The translations under genes were made by a program, and so were the position numbers. The notes under the pieces are model-generated. The model did not search any database. It saw only the letters and a list, made by a program, of their open reading frames with translations, and was not told where the DNA came from. Below are positions 54,191-58,573 of a DNA stretch of 58,573 bases, piece after piece. This DNA comes from a virus (taxonomy: Duplodnaviria; Caudoviricetes): positions 1 to 58,573 of IMG/VR virus record IMGVR_UViG_3300031857_000201. The stretch is one strand, 5' to 3'. Position 1 is the stretch's first letter; the number at the start of each line of letters is the position of its first letter.

Positions 54191-54645
54191 TACTCAATCT
54201 CCGGATGAGGGGGTTGTACAGGGGCAGGTTTACCTTTATAGCCTGTAGTTACTGGAGCTGCGGAGCTAACAGGCTCTATGGTGGGCTCAACTCGTTTTGC
54301 CACAGGCATAGGCGCAGACGGGCTCGGCTTATCCTCACGCTCTTCTTTAGTGGATAGACCAGGTGGTGTAAATTGAGGTAGTGCGTCTTTACCTTTAACG
54401 GCCAACAGTGTTGCCAAACTGCCCAAAATGTATTTGGACATATCAGACAAAATTAAGAAAAACTGCTTATCCGCAGGTGCCATGCCTGACATAGGCTGCG
54501 TCACAAAAACAACGCTATATAAGCTAATGCCTACCATGATGACTACTGTAAAACAAAAAGTTAATGCGATGCAAAACTTAATTACTGCATCGTGCTGTTC
54601 CTGTGTCAGCGCAAGGAACTGGCTTATCAGCTTTAGTGGGTTCAT
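54190..54645 (-). CDS. Two-TM membrane protein, holin candidate
   Basis: Two hydrophobic segments and a Pro-rich tail. In the lysis cassette. Confidence 0.6.
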   Translation of the reverse strand: MNPLKLISQFLALTQEQHDAVIKFCIALTFCFTVVIMVGISLYSVVFVTQPMSGMAPADKQFFLILSDMSKYILGSLATLLAVKGKDALPQFTPPGLSTKEEREDKPSPSAPMPVAKRVEPTIEPVSSAAPVTTGYKGKPAPVQPPHPEIE

Positions 54646-54814
54646 CTTTCATATCCTCTGGCTTGGTCAGTTGATCCGGGCAAGTTCCTGTGGCTGAACA
54701 GTAAGGCCGTTTACACTCTTTCTTTTCCCAATTCTCAGGATCTTGACAAGGGTAGCGGAAGTGTTCTCCACAGCCAAATAGGCTAAATGCCAAGAATACG
54801 GCGAATACGCGCAT
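54578..54814 (-). CDS. Cys-rich lipoprotein
   Basis: MRVFAVFLAFSLFG-C lipobox, RYPCQDPENW...C..P.C...G.CP. Confidence 0.7.
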   Translation of the reverse strand: MRVFAVFLAFSLFGCGEHFRYPCQDPENWEKKECKRPYCSATGTCPDQLTKPEDMKDEPTKADKPVPCADTGTARCSN

Positions 54815-55421
54815 GTTGTAGCTCCCTATCTTCCATCCCTTTAGTGCCACCATTGATTCGTTTACTTAGAGTAATGAAGTCGCCAGAATCAGCAAACTTA
54901 TTCAAGTTATTAGTTTCCCAAAACCAACAGGCGCTCTGGGCTGCACCCTCAAAGGTCTGCATATATTCAGAGGCTTCCTCTACCGTAATTTCAAGGCTCA
55001 TGGCAAAGTTTCTATAATTCTCAGCCCCGGTAAGCTGAATAATTCCGCGTCCAGCATGTAGCCACCCATCTCCAGACGCTTCATCTCTATTCCCCATGCG
55101 ATTGGCGTAGACCCTATTGGCAATAGCTCTGGGATTCTTTTCGTATCTCTTGGCAGTCTCCAAGTCCGGAAAGTACTTGGGGAAGGTCTTGAGAAGACCT
55201 GCTGCCTTGTAGTTCAAATTCTCAGAAAGATAGACAAACCCACCAGATTCATGATGGCATTGCGCCATGAATGCTGCTACTCGAACAGGCGTGTTGATAT
55301 CATACTCATTAAGCAATGTTGAGCCGCCTAACTCAGTTTGTGGCTCAAAAAGAGCGCTATGCCATTGCTCAGGATACTTTGTATGTGGCGCAAACTCTTT
55401 GAATTGTTTAAGGGTTAGCAT
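54783..55421 (-). CDS. Endolysin, glycoside hydrolase family 19
   Basis: AAFMAQC.HESG, ENLNY, YANRMGN, GDGW...GRG.IQLTG..NY, RINGG..G..DR. Confidence 0.93.
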   Translation of the reverse strand: MLTLKQFKEFAPHTKYPEQWHSALFEPQTELGGSTLLNEYDINTPVRVAAFMAQCHHESGGFVYLSENLNYKAAGLLKTFPKYFPDLETAKRYEKNPRAIANRVYANRMGNRDEASGDGWLHAGRGIIQLTGAENYRNFAMSLEITVEEASEYMQTFEGAAQSACWFWETNNLNKFADSGDFITLSKRINGGTKGMEDRELQHARIRRILGI

Positions 55422-55705
55422 TATTCACCCAATAAAATTTTTGCACGTAACTCACGCATTTTTCGAAACTCCTGCACAGCAGCCTCAGTGGCATTTTGCA
55501 TATCGATATACGCCATGCCTAGCAATGGAATGGCAATCACAAATGTTAAAGCCATTATTGCCAAACATAATACGATAACCCACGATACGTCTGACTCGTC
55601 CTTATGAGAATCATTACGCCCCACATCCACAGGAGAACGAACAGGATTGCCCCAATCCATGCCCCCATTGCCTTTGCTCGGTTTATTGTTCTTCTGCGTC
55701 GCCAT
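55421..55705 (-). CDS. Single-TM membrane protein (start uncertain)
   Basis: Hydrophobic WVIVLCLAIMALTFVIAIPLLGMAY, TAATG-coupled to the endolysin. Confidence 0.55.
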   Translation of the reverse strand: MATQKNNKPSKGNGGMDWGNPVRSPVDVGRNDSHKDESDVSWVIVLCLAIMALTFVIAIPLLGMAYIDMQNATEAAVQEFRKMRELRAKILLGE

Positions 55706-56262
55706 CTTGCAATCTGTGCTTTTCTAACTTCGATAGCAAGGGCCTCGTTTTGTTCAAGCACAATGGTTTGCCACATTGTTTCAAACCGAGTCCACACATC
55801 CCCCAATTCGCTTGGCGTATTCCAGACCATTTCATGTCTAACTTCCGCAAGCATTGCATCCAATTGAGTACGAATCTTTACTCTTCTTAATGCTCTACGA
55901 GCAAGAGATTCAGTACCTTTATACAACTCTTTTGCTGAGGCTTCTTCAGCAATGTAAGCTTTTACAATCTTGTCGTATTCATCAACAAAATTGCCAAGAT
56001 GCTCCCAAATATCATCAAGTATTTGATGTGGATCAGCATTCTTTACTTCTTGTACACGCTTTACTTCTTGGTTATACTGCTTTGTTTGCTCAGGTGTTGG
56101 ATCAACTATTTTGTGGTACTGTTCTTTTAGATCTTTAAGAACTCCGGATACGTCACCTGCTGTTGCCTTGATCTCTTTGTATAAAGCAACACCCTTTTTC
56201 GCCATATCGATGGCCGTGGTTGCTGCCTTAATGGCAAGACCAATGCTGACCGGGTCAAGCAC
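55555..56262 (-). CDS. Coiled-coil membrane protein
   Basis: MLDPVSIG.. N-terminus, helical body, C-terminal TM segment after an Arg cluster. Confidence 0.7.
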   Translation of the reverse strand: MLDPVSIGLAIKAATTAIDMAKKGVALYKEIKATAGDVSGVLKDLKEQYHKIVDPTPEQTKQYNQEVKRVQEVKNADPHQILDDIWEHLGNFVDEYDKIVKAYIAEEASAKELYKGTESLARRALRRVKIRTQLDAMLAEVRHEMVWNTPSELGDVWTRFETMWQTIVLEQNEALAIEVRKAQIARWRRRRTINRAKAMGAWIGAILFVLLWMWGVMILIRTSQTYRGLSYYVWQ

Positions 56263-56263
56263 A

Positions 56264-56485
56264 TTACTTATCCGCTTTGTTCTCTAAACGATCGAAAATT
56301 TTACTCAACATCTCTTTGATATCATCAATATCTCGACGATAATCATCTTTTGTAACATAAGTCTTAGGCATTTCTCTGACATCATCATCTAAATCATCAA
56401 TTGATTTAACAATGCGATAAAGAGCAAAGCTGCCAAAGAAAGCAGCTATTCCTAAGATGATATTAAAGATCACTTGCATTTCCAT
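56264..56485 (-). CDS. Small TM plus coiled-coil protein (holin/antiholin-like)
   Basis: N-terminal TM, YVTKDDY..D, IFDRLE.KADK. Confidence 0.65.
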   Translation of the reverse strand: MEMQVIFNIILGIAAFFGSFALYRIVKSIDDLDDDVREMPKTYVTKDDYRRDIDDIKEMLSKIFDRLENKADK

Positions 56486-56680
56486 TTATTCCACCGGTAC
56501 AGGCTCTTCAACAATAGTTGCTTGTTCAGCAGCAAGCTTCTCATTGTAAGCTTGAATCTGCGGTACCGCTTGATTGTGAATCATGGTGATGTAATTGGCG
56601 GACTGGACATAAGGCAGCTGGCCCAGAGCGGTCAAAAGACCATTCATCTCGTCCAAGGTAAATGTCAGATTAATGTTCAT
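56486..56680 (-). CDS. Small protein following the fibre genes (chaperone-like)
   Basis: L..DE.N.LL.ALGQLPY...A..I..I..QA.PQ, AAGGA RBS. Confidence 0.7.
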   Translation of the reverse strand: MNINLTFTLDEMNGLLTALGQLPYVQSANYITMIHNQAVPQIQAYNEKLAAEQATIVEEPVPVE

Positions 56681-56689
56681 GGGTTATCC

Positions 56690-58573
56690 TTATTGGTTTT
56701 GTAGCAGTGAAGTAGGTGGGGTAAAGTTACCGGTGTAACGAGCATAGCCACGGGTTACGCGAACATCTTGCATGTACCCTACAAAATACTCTAAAATTCC
56801 AGAATTATTAAGAGCGCCAACATAATTCAATGTGCCGGTCATCAAAGCAGTAGTGGAGGCAATGGCGGTACTCGTATAAACAGATGTGCCATTTATAAAA
56901 AGATTAAAAGTCCCACCTGACCTTACTACTGCAATGTGATTCCAAGTATTGGATGTTACCGTCCCTACTTCACTTGAAACGATAGCCCACGCGCCACCAG
57001 TAGTAGATACTAATAAATACGCTTTGTTGATGTTGAGACCAACTCTACATGCAGCAAAACTGTTCGCGTTAGCTCCTAAATATAATATAGTTTGAGCCGC
57101 TGACGAAGTTGTATATACCCAAGCTTCTGCCGTAAAATCTCCAAGAGTTCCAATTGATGCAGTAGGGCTGTTTAATACCAAATAATCACTGGTGCCATTA
57201 AACAACATTGATGAACCACCGAACTTATTTATCGCAGTACTGATTCTTGCGCCACCCACATTCTCCAGCACATTCTTGCCGGTCGTGTCTACGATGCCTG
57301 CGTTGGTGAAGTTGAGTAGAAGGTTTGCCGCACCTGCACTGACTGTCGTAGTAAATGGGGAAGTAGGAACAGTGTAAGTAGAGCCTGTGTATAAAGCACC
57401 GCCTTTTGTAACACGGACACCGCCGCAGTAACCATTAAAAAATAAGTTACTTCCACCGGATATCAGCGCACCACCGATGTATGTACTCCAAGTTCCGGTA
57501 TTTAAAGACCCTACAATAGTTTGCGTTGTCGCAGACCGTGTGCCATTCAAGTATCCGTAAAAAGTATTACCAGTTCTTACCAGCGCAATATGATTCCATG
57601 CGTTTGGAACTACAGCGCCAACATTGATCGTGTAATCAGTTGTTCCGCTGTATGGACGAACTCTTGCTGACCCACTAAGAATAAATATATTGTACTGAAG
57701 GCTAGTTCCAGTGGAAATATTTCCATTATTTCTAGTTACTATTGGTTGTTCTGCTGTAACTCCAGTAGCATAAAACCAACACTCAACAGTAAAATCGCCC
57801 GACGAAACATCCAGTGCAGCATTATCAGCAGCAGTCAAATAATCCCCCGTCCCATCAAAGTACCCACTGCCGCCTATCGTTGCTGGTGTGTAGGCGACGT
57901 TTGTTTGGAAAGGGCTGAAGGCTTGGACGGATGGGGTGCCAACAACGGTTATTGCAAATCCGAAGCCAGCATTAGCCGTCCCATTATCAACAAAACGGTT
58001 GGATTGGCAGGTTAGTAGTGATGTGTTGGTGATGTTGGTTAATGGTGTTGTGCTTGGGGTGAAGTTGCTGGTGTACAAGGCGGTTCCCTTCAGTACACGC
58101 AAGTTAGAGATGTAACCGTTTAAGAAACTTGCGCCAGCACTCGCCGCTATTTGTGGCGTATATGTACCAGCAAAAATGGTGTCAGTTCCAATGTTATAAG
58201 TTGAGCCTACCTGAACTCCGTTCATGAACAGATACAAGCTTGAACCACTTCTACAAGCGGCAACATGATACCAAGTGTTTGCACTAAGACTACTTAGATT
58301 GGCAACTGGATTTATATTTGTTGAACCGTTTGTCGTATAGCTAAAATATAACTGGTAAGAACCCGCATTGTTGTAGAAATAAAAAAACCAATCTTTTTGA
58401 GATGCATTATTCCATTTTGAAATAATTGTTGAAATGCCAGATGCAGCCGGAAGTGCCGCTAAATAAACCCATCCTTCGACAGTAAAGTTGCCGTTTCCAA
58501 ATTCAAGCGCAGTAGTGTCAGGTATTTGAATGTAATCAGTCGTTCCATTAAAAAAGTTACCCCACCCCGTCTG
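56690..58573 (-). CDS. 3' part of the same origin-spanning multi-LamG fibre protein
   Basis: The ORF-track entry 56690..58237 extends upstream without a stop through the terminal repeat. It ends ...GYARYTGNFTPPTSLLQNQ, paralogous to the end of 1724..3844. Confidence 0.92.
   Translation of the reverse strand, partial: QTGWGNFFNGTTDYIQIPDTTALEFGNGNFTVEGWVYLAALPAASGISTIISKWNNASQKDWFFYFYNNAGSYQLYFSYTTNGSTNINPVANLSSLSANTWYHVAACRSGSSLYLFMNGVQVGSTYNIGTDTIFAGTYTPQIAASAGASFLNGYISNLRVLKGTALYTSNFTPSTTPLTNITNTSLLTCQSNRFVDNGTANAGFGFAITVVGTPSVQAFSPFQTNVAYTPATIGGSGYFDGTGDYLTAADNAALDVSSGDFTVECWFYATGVTAEQPIVTRNNGNISTGTSLQYNIFILSGSARVRPYSGTTDYTINVGAVVPNAWNHIALVRTGNTFYGYLNGTRSATTQTIVGSLNTGTWSTYIGGALISGGSNLFFNGYCGGVRVTKGGALYTGSTYTVPTSPFTTTVSAGAANLLLNFTNAGIVDTTGKNVLENVGGARISTAINKFGGSSMLFNGTSDYLVLNSPTASIGTLGDFTAEAWVYTTSSAAQTILYLGANANSFAACRVGLNINKAYLLVSTTGGAWAIVSSEVGTVTSNTWNHIAVVRSGGTFNLFINGTSVYTSTAIASTTALMTGTLNYVGALNNSGILEYFVGYMQDVRVTRGYARYTGNFTPPTSLLQNQ
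58447..58573. repeat. Terminal direct repeat, copy 2
   Basis: Exact copy of 1-127. Confidence 0.97.

Noticed and set aside
1-58573. Alternative genetic code or stop-codon recoding
   Set aside because: Genes are full length and tightly packed under the standard bacterial code, and no suppressor tRNA was seen.

Overview
This window looks like a complete, circularly permuted genome of a tailed dsDNA phage with a unit length of about 58,446 bp. Bases 1-127 repeat exactly at 58447-58573, and one 1158-aa LamG fibre gene runs across that join. The minus strand (42815-end plus 1-27739) carries a primase-helicase, TerS/TerL, a P22-like portal, GroES, scaffold, a Mu-gpT-like major capsid protein, a long fibre/lectin module, podovirus-type adaptor, nozzle and ejection proteins, and a Gram-negative lysis cassette (GH19 endolysin, Rz and an embedded Rz1). 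The plus strand (27977-42806) carries small early genes, DUF932, a DenV-like glycosylase, an NTP pyrophosphatase, SSB, a family A DNA polymerase, nucleases, an SNF2 helicase and a compact DNA base-modification cassette. I found no integrase, RNA polymerase, tRNA, CRISPR array or reverse transcriptase. The most interesting signals are: (1) a minimal cytosine-hypermodification cassette (dCMP-type thymidylate-synthase homologue, kinase fused to a degenerate UDG-like domain, and a GT-B transferase); (2) a hydrophobic-[K/A/R]-x-G-G motif shared by at least six unrelated late proteins, often at domain junctions, which may be a processing or capsid-targeting signal; (3) a double-pseudoknot RNA with three CAGAC linkers just downstream of the capsid gene; (4) a fibre module apparently chained by short terminal docking peptides, with a second adaptor-like protein; (5) further structured RNAs and an iteron-like origin candidate. 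All family names come from motif recognition by eye, with no database searches run.
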